Assembly: GCF_018977255.1 (NCBI RefSeq) | Contig: NW_024704824.1 | Location: 62,001 to 126,000, forward strand | Reading direction: 5' to 3' | From: Callorhinchus milii | Taxonomy: Eukaryota | DNA length: 64,000 bases | Shown: piece by piece, positions 1-11,012 of the stretch | Layout of the letters: each line of letters opens with the position of its first letter | How positions within the stretch are numbered: position 1 is the stretch's first letter | The notes under the pieces: generated by a model | The model's database searches: none | Told to the model about the DNA's origin: nothing | What the model saw: the letters and a program-made list of their open reading frames with translations, nothing else | Made by a program: the position numbers and the translations under genes

Positions 1-930
1 GTCCCTGTCCCCCCCTCAAAACCGCTGTCATCACCCCTCCCTCCTCAAACCCCCCCTCCCATGGTCCCTCAAACCCCCACCACCTGCCGCCCTATCTCTA
101 ACCTGCCCTTCGTCGCCAAAGTCCTAGGACGCGTTGTTGTCAATCAACTCCGCGCTCACCTCTCCTCCCACTCTCCCTTCGAACCCCTCCAGTCCGGTTT
201 CCGCCCACAGTACAGAGACTGTGAAAGTCTCAAATGACATCCTCTCCACCTGTGACCAGAACTCCCTCAGTCTCCTTGTCCTCCTGGACCTCTCCGCCGT
301 TTTTGACACAGTCGAACACGTCATCTTCTTCCACCGCCTTTCCTCCGTCACCCACCTAAGTGGGACCGCACACGCCTGGTTCGAGTCCTATCTCACGAAC
401 CGCCAGCAGTACACCTGCACAAACAGCTTTTCCTCCCGCTCTCACCAGGTTACCTGCGGGTACCCCAAGGATCCATCCTTGGTCCCCTCCTCTTCCTAAT
501 CTATGGGGATGTCATGCGCAGACAAAGAGTACACTGCCACGTATATGCGGACGATATTTTTCCACCTCAGTTTACGACTCCCGGTCCCCTGATGTTCTGT
601 CAGCCTGCCTGTCAAGACATCAGAGCTGGATGAGCGCGAATTTCCTTCAGCCAAATGTTGACAAGATGGAAGCCATAATCTTTGGCTCTCGTCAACGTCT
701 AAAATCAAATGGTTCTCACCTCCTCCACCCACCCGACCTCCCCCTAAAACTCTCCAAACCCGTATGCAACCTAGGCGTCAGGTTCAACCCCCACATCCGG
801 TCCCTCACCAGCACCGCTTTCTTCCACCTCCGACACATCGCCCATCTCACCAAGACCTCACTTCAAAAGCTGCTGAAACCCTGGTCCATGCCTTTGTCAC
901 CTCTCGGCAGGACTATTCACTTGTCACACC
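1..930 (+). mobile_element. L2-clade LINE fragment (reverse transcriptase region, frameshifted)
   Basis: ORFs 134-499 and 360-953 give [32 protein letters not shown] and [20 protein letters not shown], homologous to the L2 copy at 47.3-51.0 kb. Confidence 0.85.
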
Positions 931-974
931 ATCAAAGAAAAACAGTAAATTAGAGGGCAAGACTAACTCTTCAT

Positions 975-1730
975 GAACCCATGTTGGCTATCATTTACAA
1001 CGTTTCTATCCAGGTGCTCCATGATTTTATCCTCAATAAGTGTCTCCATAATTTTGCATTTTGCATTCTTTGTATCCAAACATAACCATCTTTCCATTTC
1101 AGTTCCTTAGGAAGCAGGAGCCATTCTCCTAAGCAGTTATCAGGGGAATTATCGTGAATTAACCAATATTGTCTATCATTTATGATTTTATTTTTATCCA
1201 GAAGCTCCATGAATTTTTACTTAGTCAGATTCTCCATAATGTTACCCACAATGGACGTTAAAACTCACTGGTCTTTAGTTTCCTGGTTGTTATCTTTCTT
1301 AAAAATAGGAGTAACATCTGCCTTTCTCCAGTCCTCCAGCACCTTTCTTGTATTAAATAATTTTTGAAAGCTTTGTACCAGCGTTTCTGTGACTTCTTCT
1401 CCTGGTTCCTTTAAGATATTCAGATGCAATTTATCCGGCCCCTGAGATTTATTTACCCTGGTTTTACACAGCTGTTTGGCAACCATGTTGGTAGTGATAT
1501 TAGTATTGCAATTTTTCCTTGCGACATCCTTGAGTTTTATTTCCAGATCTGATAGGTTACCCGTCTACTCTTTGATAAAGACTGATGAAAAAAAAACACG
1601 TCATTATCACTATTGCAGCCGGTGCAGCATTATTTGTCATGTTCTCTCCTGAACCTATCGTCAGTGGCCCCACTGCATTATTGGTTTTCTTTTATTCTTA
1701 TTGTACCTAAAAAAATGTTTTGTTATTATC
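975..1730 (-). mobile_element. CR1-clade LINE fragment (degenerate ORF2)
   Basis: NKSQGPDKLHLNILKE...EDWRKADVTPIFKK (ORF 1265-1486) is a typical CR1 ORF2 motif; inverted paralog of about 20400-21200. Confidence 0.8.
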
Positions 1731-1964
1731 CGTCACATCTCCAGCGGGAGATGGCGGTGGGAGGTGACCACACGCACGTCCAAAGGGGAAGGTCTTCAGG
1801 GAGGGGTTTGAGAGTGGGGAGGGAGGGGGCAATGTGGAGGGATTGAGGGAGAGTCACAGAGTTTCAGGGGGGAGCGGCTTTGCTCCCCGGTTTTGTTGGA
1901 ACCCACCGCCCCCTTTTTTACGCCACTATCACCTCTTTAACCATCAACTAACACATCCTCTCCT

Positions 1965-2140
1965 TTGCCTTCTTTCTTGTCTTCTCTGTGTTCCTTGTCC
2001 TGCCGCCCCCTCTCAACTTGTCCTTCAGAGCCTCTCCCTCCCAACATGGCCCAGTTCTGACGAAGGGTCGTGGACCCCAAACGCGGACTCCCTTTCCTTT
2101 CTCCATAGCCGCTGCCTGACCTGCTGAGCTTTCCCGCTCT
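1965..2140 (+). mobile_element. Penelope-like element terminal relic with degenerate hammerhead ribozyme core
   Basis: CAGTT-CTGACGA-AGGGTC-GTG-GACCC-CAAAC at 2052-2082 followed by CCATAGCCGCTGCCTGACCTGCTGAG; resembles (from recall) the abundant chondrichthyan CTGAnGA...GACCCGAAACGTT...GCTGCCTGACCTGCTGAG repeat end. Confidence 0.55.
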
Positions 2141-2239
2141 CTCTCTCTCTCTCTCTCTGTTGTTGTGCCCCTCACTATTACTGTGTGTGAGTGTGTAAAT
2201 GACAGCCTCACTATTGCTATTCAGTGTGTGTGGCGGTAC

Positions 2240-2620
2240 AGTGTCACTGACCATCACTGACCGCTCCTCTCGCGCTGACCATCACTGACTATGGCTCCGC
2301 GTCTCCCGCTTTTATAGCCTCTGGAGTTCCGGTTGCCGTCACGCATGCGCACTGGCTCCTCACCCCTGGTCCCGCTCGAGCGCGCGCCTGCGCACTTCCC
2401 CCTTTCTCCAACCGTCACTCCCCGCGCGCCTCCCACCCCGCCCCCGCCTCGCCATTGGTTGGTTTGTCCCGCCCCGCCCTTCGCGCACGCGCAACTCTCG
2501 CCGCCCCTCGCGCTACTCCTGTCTCGGGAGGTGACCGTTGGTCTTCGCTCCGCGCGCGCAGCACTTTCCCGCCCATTGTGTCGACGGGACGACGTCCGCC
2601 TTCACTCCGACCCCATAACT
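2240..2620 (-). promoter_or_regulatory. CpG-island promoter-like element (copy A)
   Basis: Very CpG-rich; TATAAAA on minus strand (2310-2316), CCAAT (ATTGG 2454-2458), GC boxes, GCGCATGCGC-like motifs; inverted copy of 18700-19060. Confidence 0.5.
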
Positions 2621-3099
2621 GGTGATGAGTTACTGTGATCTGCGCTATTCTACACACTGTGTGTTAATATATATTATTATGGCACTGACCGTCACTGAGC
2701 CGCACCGCCCCCTCTCTCTCCTCTCACTCTCCCCCCTTCCCCTCAGCCTCTCCCACACTCACTCTCTCCTCCCTCCCCCCTTCCTCTCAACTTCTCTCCC
2801 ACTCTCTCTCTATATATATATGCGTTCCCTTTCTCTCTCTCTCCCTCCTCCCCCTCACTTTCCTCCACCCCTTTCCCCTCCCTCTTTCTCCCTCTATCCC
2901 CCTCCGGCTATTTCCCTCTCTCTGTCTTCCTCCCTCCCTCTTTCTCCACATCCTTTTCTCTCCCCCCCCCTCTCCCTTCCCCTCCCTCGCTCAACCCTTC
3001 CTTTCCAGCACTCCCTCCCTCCCTCCCTCCCTCCCAGGGAACTGCCCTCTCGTGGCAGCGACAGGAGGGACAGAGCGAAATATTGGGCAATATTCCTGA

Positions 3100-3600
3100 C
3101 AACAGCAACAACACCACCAACAAAATGACATAGAGAGAGCGCCTTTCACGTCGGGAGGACGTCCCAAAGCGCTGAACAGTCAGGTGTCGGGGCCCGAGCC
3201 GGGGGGGGGGGGGGACGGGTGGGGGGAGGCAGAGAGGTGGGAGGGAGACCGAAGGAACGGTCGAAGAGAAAGGCCTTGAGATGGCCTTGATTGAGTTGAG
3301 GGAGGAAGTGAGGAGAAGGGACCGTGGGATGGAGTTCCAGAGTGTGGGGGCAGAGAGGCTGAAAGCTCGGACTCCGATGGTAGAGAGGGTCGGGCGGGAG
3401 ACGTGGAGCAGCCGGAGCCCGATGAACGGAGGGAGTGGGCAGGTTGGTAGGGAGTCAGCAGGTCAGAGAGGAAGGAGGGGACGAGGCCATGGATGGCCAT
3501 AATGGTGAGAACGAGGACCTTGAACTCGATCCTCTGGGGGATGGGGGGCCGGTGGAGTCGGGTGAGGGTGGGAGTGATGGGGTCGTGGAGCTCCACATAC
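3100..3600 (-). mobile_element. L2 LINE 3' fragment
   Basis: ORF 3180-3611 LTRLHRPPIPQRIEFKVLVL; 3' hairpin GCGCTTTGGGACGTCCTCCCGACGTGAAAGGCGC and TTG-rich tail on minus strand. Confidence 0.85.
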
Positions 3601-4193
3601 TTCACACACACGGCTCTGTTTAAGAAGTGAGCAGGAACCAGGTTGTTAGTCGATTGGTGGATGGCTTTTCCGGGGGTAATAATCCCTTCAAAAATTTTCG
3701 AAAAATTAGAAACTCAATGCACGACAGTTTGCGGTCACTGCTGTACACAATTGGCTGCCCTATTGTGCCAGGAAATAGAGTCAGTTCAGAGTTTATGTTG
3801 TATTCTGTGAAGCGTTTTCAGTGTCTCAATGATGTGATCAGGAACTTTTATCAAATGCAGGAAATATTATTGTTAATAATAATAGTAGACGGACAAAGAA
3901 ACAGATTCAAGGAGCTACTGTCGCTTCTAGCAACAACAGCAGATTGTATTTCAAGTCGGGAGGCCATCCCAAGGCTCTGGACCGTCGAGTTCTGTCCTTT
4001 GGGAGCAATGGTTATTTCCAATCAGCTTCTGTTAATCATGGAAACCGAAGCCCATATGTGCTCAGGATGGTCTAAGCAGTACATGAAGCGAGAAGTTGGC
4101 CAAGCATTGGGAGACTTGACCAACAGTGTTTCAATGGCAGCTGGACAATTTCCCTGTTGATCCCAACAGTAAACCCAATTCATATTCTGGAGT

Positions 4194-4218
4194 NNNNNNN
4201 NNNNNNNNNNNNNNNNNN
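4194..4218. other. Assembly gap (25 N)
   Basis: Run of N; sequence on either side belongs to different parts and orientations of the IgM repeat unit. Confidence 0.99.
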
Positions 4219-4443
4219 CATGTAAAATATCAAAAATAGTCTAATCATTATACCTGGAGGATATTTAAACAGTTTTCGGGAGAAAAGGAAGCCACATCTA
4301 AACCACTGGTCACTGGGTATAAATAATAAAGTGCTGTTGGGAAATTTCAATCCACTCCAGTGTTCCCAGTCATAATAATGACAAACCACTGAGCACAGAC
4401 TGAACAGACACACATTATTCTCAGCTTGTTCTGCTTTATCTTG

Positions 4444-4715
4444 GACGTCCCCCGATCTACCCGACCCACCATTGGCGGGAGAGCCTTCAGCCACTCTGCC
4501 CCCAAACTCTGTAACTCCATCCCCCAATCACTCCACGTCGCTCCCTTCTTAGCCTTCTTCAAGTTCCGCCTCAAAACCCTCCTCTTCAACCATGGCCACC
4601 CTCCCTCCCCTCCCCTCTCCCCCCAACCGCAGCTCGGGTCTGAAATGCTGTACACTGTCCAGCACCTTGGGATGTCCTCCCGAAAGACGCTACACAAATG
4701 TAATCTTGTTGCTGT
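4444..4715 (+). mobile_element. L2 3' fragment in CH3-CH4 intron, copy 1 only
   Basis: RPTIGGRAFSHSAPKLCNSIP; absent from the paralogous intron at about 35490-35510. Confidence 0.8.
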
Positions 4716-4780
4716 TATACTTGAAAGTTTTCTCTGATTGACGGCATCAGTGTATTGATTTGATTGTGTTCCTCCCACAG

Positions 4781-5172
4781 TTTCGTACACGAAGCAACCT
4801 TCAGTGTATCTGCTTCTCCCATCGGCAGAAGAATTGTCTGCTCAGCAGTCTCTCACCCTCAGTTGCCTGGTGAAGAACTTCGCTCCCAAAGAGATCTTTG
4901 TGGAGTGGACTGTGAATGACCAATCGATTGATGCCGACAAATACAAGAACACTGTGGTGATGGCAGACAGTGCAGATGGCGATTACTCCATGTACAGCAT
5001 GTTATCCATCTCAGCCGGAGATTGGGACAGAGGCTATTCCTACTCCTGTGTGGTCGGACATGAGACTTTCCCACTGAAGACCCTGACCAGAGCCGTTAAT
5101 AAATCCAGTGGTAAACCGAGTTTTGTAAACATTTCCCTTGTCCTGATGGACACCGTGAATGCCTGTCAATGA
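4781..5172 (+). CDS. IGHM: IgM CH4 exon plus secretory tail, cluster 1
   Basis: Acceptor CCCACAG at 4780; [18 protein letters not shown]...[16 protein letters not shown]...[11 protein letters not shown]...[20 protein letters not shown]; internal TM donor G|GTAAAC after 5110. Confidence 0.96.
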
Positions 5173-5256
5173 GGCTCAATACCATTTTGCTTATTTTTTG
5201 TGCACCCGCCTCCCGACCATTGCATTGTCAGTTTGGAGTCATGAAAAAGTAACTCA

Positions 5257-5262
5257 AATAAA
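5257..5262 (+). terminator. Secretory IgM polyadenylation signal, cluster 1
   Basis: AATAAA 85 nt after the stop; conserved at 36045. Confidence 0.75.
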
Positions 5263-5759
5263 GATTATTGTTGTATTTATGAGTCAGGTACGGAGGGGAT
5301 GATTTCCAGTTAATTACACAGACAATTTCCAGATTGAGAAATGATACACCTTTTGTTTGAAGCGATGTTAGTATCAAGTTAAGTCAGTTTGGTTTGGATA
5401 CTCTTAAGCATGGGGATGGATTTTCACTTGTTTTAGACACCCGGCTGACCAAAAAAAAAAGTTTTTAGGACATTCCCAATTCATTCCTCAACACCGGTTA
5501 CAATCTAATCTCAGAATGGATTTTGTTTACAGCATGTTGTGGAATTGCATGGGACAGTTCAACCTGTTTCATTCCGGGATGATTTATTTTTCAGTAAATA
5601 ATATCACATTCCACACATAACTACATCTCAGAAGCAAATTATGGCCTTTTCTGCTAAATTTGCTGGTAAATACTTCTCACGAACAGCAACAGATCTGGGT
5701 GCAGCAACATATTCACTTACACCACACTCACCCATACTCGTACATTGTAAAACAAAGAC

Positions 5760-6565
5760 ACTCATTCACATTCACGCACACTTACACACACTGACATCCA
5801 CCCAAGCCTACACACACTTACACACACTCACATCCACCCAAGCCTACACACACTTACACACACTGACATCCACCCAAGGCTACACACACTTACACACACT
5901 CACCAGACCAACACACATTCGCACACACCTCCACCCAGGCCCATACACAATCACACACACCCAGGCCGTCAAACACTCAAACAAACTCACACACACTCAC
6001 TTCCAGCGAGGCTCACACACACCCAGACCCACACACATTCACAAACACTCACATCCACCCAGGCCCCGCACTACCCCACCCCCACACTCACATCCACCCA
6101 GCCCCCCACAACCCCACCCCCACACTCACATCCACTCAGGCCCCCACAACCCACCCCCACACTCACATCCACCCAGGCCCCCCACAACCCCACCCCCACA
6201 CTCACATCCACCCAGGCCCCCACAACCCCACCCCCACACTCACATCCACCAGGCCCCCACAACCCCACCCACACACTCACATCCACCAGGCCCCCACAAC
6301 CAACCCCACACTCACATCCACCCAGGCCCCCACAACCCCACCCCCAAACTCACATCCACCCAGGCACCCCACAACCCCACCCCCACATTCACATCACCCA
6401 GGCCCCCACAACCCCACCCCCACACTCACATCCGCCCAGGACCCCCACAACCCCACGCCCACACTCACATTCATCCAGGTCCCCCACAACCCCACCCCCA
6501 CATTCACATCCACCCAGGCCCCCACAACGCCACGCCCACACTCACATCCATCCAGGTCCACACAC
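5760..6565. repeat. C/A-rich minisatellite (36-bp then about 38-bp units) in CH4-TM1 intron
   Basis: Unit CACACTCACATCCACCCAGGCCCCCACAACCCCACCCC, e.g. starts at 6197 and 6235. Confidence 0.92.
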
Positions 6566-8119
6566 AAGCACACAACACTGCATTGCTGTGGCACTTCACC
6601 AAGAAGGACACCCACGCAGTCAGAAAACCCGATTCTCCCCTTTTATACGTTGCTGTAACAACTGCAACTCAATGTCACCATTTTCCTTGAGATGAATCTG
6701 CAGTTTTTTGTGAATATGATACATGTTTTTGTTCTCTAAGATAGGAAGCATCACCTTGACAGTGAGTGTCAGTGTCTGATCCCTTCCCCAATCAGTCTCA
6801 CGTGGCCACATGCAACAAAGGTGGTAATCAATAAAGCTCAGGGATGAACCGTTACACTTAACCCTCAATCCCTTCAGCTGATGTAACCTGACGTTTGTGT
6901 CGGTTCCTCTATTGCTTTACAGCAATATTAACCATTTTGAAATAGGCACAGTGCCATTGATAAAAATATTGATGATGACATAATATGGTAAAGGACACAG
7001 TCATGAATAACATGGGGAATGGCATAAAGTTACAGAGCATTCGGCTGAGTTGGCAGAAAGGTGGAAATGAAGTTCAATATTGAGACAGCAGTTTGTTGAA
7101 AGTATAATGGCGAAAAACAATCACTAAAGGAATTACAGCAAAATAATTATAAGGGAATTAACAAAACTTGGAGAATAAATCGAAGGGATTGAATATCAAA
7201 AGGCCAAAAAAATGATTGAGTGTTTTTCACATAGGAATTTGATTGCCAATTACATGTACAGTTAGCACGATTGTGGGTTGAGCACTGTATTCAGTTCTGG
7301 ACACTATTATGCAAAGGAAATAAGAGCCGCTGAGAAGGTTTAGGTTAGTATCACAAAGAAGATGCCTATGATTGGCGTTACAGTGATGAGGATGAGCTTC
7401 AAACATTCTGGCCGAAACAAAAAGGAAGAGTATCAAATACAAGTTGTTTTGAAAAACTGACATCGTGAAAGACGATTGTATCCATACAAACGGGATAAAA
7501 CATCCAGGAAAGTCACTGCGAAATATAAAGTAAGCGTCGATTTTTATATAGAGATAAGTAATAATAATCCTTGCATTTGATGTTGCGCCTTCTCATGTCT
7601 TCGAGACGACTCAAAGCGCTTCGCAAAACATACTGTAAAGTGAATTGACTGTATTTTGTGGGCAAAACATGGCAGCCAACTTCACACAGCAGACTTTTTG
7701 AATATAGGATTGTTGACCACCACACCATAATGTAAAGGAATTTGAAACAGCATTTCAATAGTCACGGAATGAAAATGGAAAACAACAGCAGAAAGGTGGA
7801 ATTGGAGCATTGGAACAGATTTGCCATTTTCTACCAGAAGAGTCTCAATGGGAGGATTTCCACCATTTGTAGTTCCACAAGTTTAATTTTCTCAACGTAT
7901 TTCCAAAATTCTTCTCTGGATTCAATAATTCTTGGAACAAATGTACAAACACTAAAATAAATTACTTCTTCATCTCTCTTAAAATTAGAAGTTTTGAAGG
8001 GAGGGAGGAAGCCCATGATCAAATGGGAAACTTTATATACATTAATAATCAAGAAGGAAAAGAAGAAGTCTCAGTTTTCAATCCCCTCTGAATATATTTC
8101 CTTTTTTTTATCCTCACAG

Positions 8120-8250
8120 ATTTCCCAACCGAGACGATGCTGGAAGGTTTTCAACAACATGGAAGTGGCAACCTCTGGCCGACTGCTTCCACCTTCATCA
8201 TCCTCTTCTTCCTGAGTATTTTCTACAGTGCCACGGTCACTCTATTTAAG
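8120..8250 (+). CDS. IGHM: IgM TM1 exon, cluster 1
   Basis: AG at 8118-8119, GT at 8251; phase 1 matches the CH4 internal donor; [44 protein letters not shown] contains the conserved Ig TM motif. Confidence 0.94.
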
Positions 8251-8740
8251 GTGGGGAGAGGAAATTCATTGACACTATGATCTGATGTAACAGCTGCCGG
8301 TAAATAATTCTTCCACGGGAACTGATGGTGAAGCTCATTGCAGCCACTGTGTTGGGAAACTCCCCCTGTCCCCACAGGACAGGATCCGTGTGACCAAGCT
8401 GTGTGAGGGTGATGGACATATCCTCTCACCATTACACACCCTATCACACCTGACATATGCTCACCTGGTATAGCCACAGGCAAGGAGCGAGGCTCATTTA
8501 CTGATCTTGTGGATCTTTCAGTATATTGTGGATACTTGAAAACGAAGGGCTTCTGCCTGTATAAGGCAATGACAGACCAATACCCACTGACACAGTATCA
8601 GTTGGGATTGTGTGTGTTTGTGGTGGTGGGGGGGGGGGGGGGGTGTGTGGACATTCATATACACAAATAAACACAATCTGAAATACTAAATCTCCTCCCA
8701 GGCTGAAATTATTCATCATATCTTTACTTTTATTTTCCAG

Positions 8741-8749
8741 GTAAAATGA
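8741..8749 (+). CDS. IGHM: IgM TM2 exon (VK-stop), cluster 1
   Basis: TTTTATTTTCCAG|GTA AAA TGA, giving the KVK cytoplasmic tail. Confidence 0.9.
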   Translation, partial: VK

Positions 8750-9166
8750 GTTTATTACCATCAGCTTCACCGATGTTCCTCATCTGTTTGTGTTTATCTT
8801 CAATTTCCTGTGACAGACTATGTGATGTCTTGTTTCACCGATTGATCAAATTCATTGGAAGTAAACATTGTATTGTGCAACTACGTAGATTTTAGTGACT
8901 TTTCTTATTGTTAGTCTATTCTTATTGTTAGTCTATTTATTTCCCAATCTGCCTTTTGTTAATAACATTTCACATTGTTATTTCATGTACTGTCACACCT
9001 CTCTGATATTCTTTATTTGCTGTTTACTATTTGTGTGGTGTAATGATACAGAAAGACAGAGGCTGTTATATTTTGTCCTTTTATTTCATTCTGAAGATGA
9101 GTATTTGTGATCCGATCCTATTCCATAATGCCTACAGATTCTCTATATTTGTTTGTCCGAAGTATC

Positions 9167-9172
9167 AATAAA
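9167..9172 (+). terminator. Membrane IgM polyadenylation signal candidate, cluster 1
   Basis: AATAAA downstream of TM2; conserved at 39416. Confidence 0.55.
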
Positions 9173-10695
9173 TGATAAAAGTTAGTGAGCTGTTTGATCT
9201 GTGTCTTTCCTGTTCCCTTTGTGTCAATGCCGCCTTGACTTCTGATTTCCAAATTGTTCAGATTCACAGAAGCTCAGCATTAAACAAAAGCTGTTGAATG
9301 AACTGTCCGACTTCAGTTCGGGTTTTACTGGAACAATTAATGGGCGAAAATCTTTGCACTTGAATTGCTTCTCCGCTCCAGTGACCAGCAGCTGCTTCCG
9401 TCCCCCAGTGATCAGCTCCACACCCAGATACAGCTTCAGACACATGGCTATTCTAATATAGTAACACGCAGCTCTGTGTTATAGTATTTATAGCACAATG
9501 TGAGTGTGCAATGTGTTTGATATATGCAGAGAGCTTCATCTCCTGCCTGTGCTGAGCTGACAATCTGAGCAGCACCACAGTGGGAGGCCATGAAGCCCAA
9601 ATCCCAGCTGTGGGCAGTTGGGCTGCTGTGTTGGCCCAGACTCCTCTTCACAGTTTAAACTGTGAAAGGCTTTGGGACGTCTTGCTGACGTGGCAGCAAA
9701 CAACATGTGCAACCACTTGAGACAGAGGTTTTTGGCTCAAATCCACATCGGAATTTGACAATAATGGAGTTGATGTTTGTGAAATACACTCCAATGCTCT
9801 GCTGGGGTTGTGCTGTGTTGTTATGCGTTTGGTTCTTCGGTCCTTTTGCCTTCTTACCAAACTGTTGAAGTGCTTTGACACATCTCCTTGATGTGAAAAG
9901 CTCCATAACAAACCTCAGGATTACTACTGAGATGGTCGACTTTCAGCAAACAGAAAATCAATAAGTACATTTTTCATATGTTAGTTTCAACATTAGAGAG
10001 ACAGACAGACACGTGCAATAATCCGTTTGCCGTTTCACCTATTTCAATATTTTAAAGAAAATGAACAGATCTGGAATTAATATTGTCGCCATTCAACAGA
10101 AACTCCCTGCACAGAAGCACATATTTTGTATTCATTGTTGAATGTTATTTTCTCTAAAATTAATATTTGCATATCTCGAATAGTAAGCATTTCCCCGCTC
10201 TCCGCCATATACCCTTTTAACCCAGTTCACAGCCAATTCTATTGATGAATTGGAACCCTGATAACCCGCTCAGTGCGGAAATGTGGTGTAACATTTATCT
10301 TCATGATTCTGCTTCGACCAAAGATCAAGCCCTGATCTATATTGAAGCTAAATATATGCACAAATGACTTAACTAGTCAGAGCAGTTGAATTACAACTAT
10401 CGCTGTTGGCTATCAATTATTCTACTTCCCCTCCCACGCACACACTCCCTCCATCCCTAATGTTCTCTGGAGCAAAGAAAATGTCAAATGTTTTTCTAAA
10501 CGGTTGTTGGATTACCTGTACAGATTCACTGTGCCCATAGCGTAGTGATGTGCTTCACATTCCACTGAGGGAAAGTGCAGTCTTACTGATGTTGATGTAC
10601 TAAACAAGACTTGCAGGACAAACTTGTTGTTCAGAGATAGATAACTTTAAACAATTTTTTAAACGAGAAACATGACGGCTGAGGTTCTATAAAGG

Positions 10696-11012
10696 GAGTG
10701 CTGTGGAGTCCTGTAGCTCAGTGGTTAAAGCACTCGCATTGCAAGCGAGACACCCGGGTTGATTCCAGGCCGGGCGAAACCTTGGCCAAGTTTCCTTACT
10801 CCACACACCAAATAATAATCCCTCCAAAAAACAAATTGGTCATTTTGAATTCACGACTGTTTGTGGGACACTGCTGTGCGCAATTGGCTGCCGCGTTTCA
10901 CCTACAAATATAGAGTCAATTCACTTCACAGCATATTCCGTGAAACGCTTTGAGACGTCGAGAAGACATGAAAAGCGCTATGTCAAATGCAAGGATTATT
11001 ATTAGTAGTCTT
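10696..11012 (+). mobile_element. tRNA-Ala-derived SINE
   Basis: Head GTGGAGTCCTGTAGCTCAGTGGTT...TTGCAAGCGAGA...GTTGATTCC; L2-like 3' end; (TTA)n tail; paralog at 40942-41270. Confidence 0.85.

Larger units (their letters stand above)
960..4193 (-). repeat. Inverted, more diverged paralog of about 17361-21200
   Basis: Shared CR1 with the same internal rearrangement, CpG element, hammerhead relic and old SINE; last bases before the gap match 17361-17400 reverse-complemented. Confidence 0.85.

Noticed and set aside
5641-6690. 349-aa Pro/His/Thr-rich ORF
   Set aside because: Translation of an intronic minisatellite; not conserved in the paralogous intron.
9648-9911. ORFs open in both duplicons (also 9448, 12809, 13125, 15395 and their paralogs)
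   Set aside because: Conservation is explained by recent duplication or conversion; no domain motifs or convincing splice structure.
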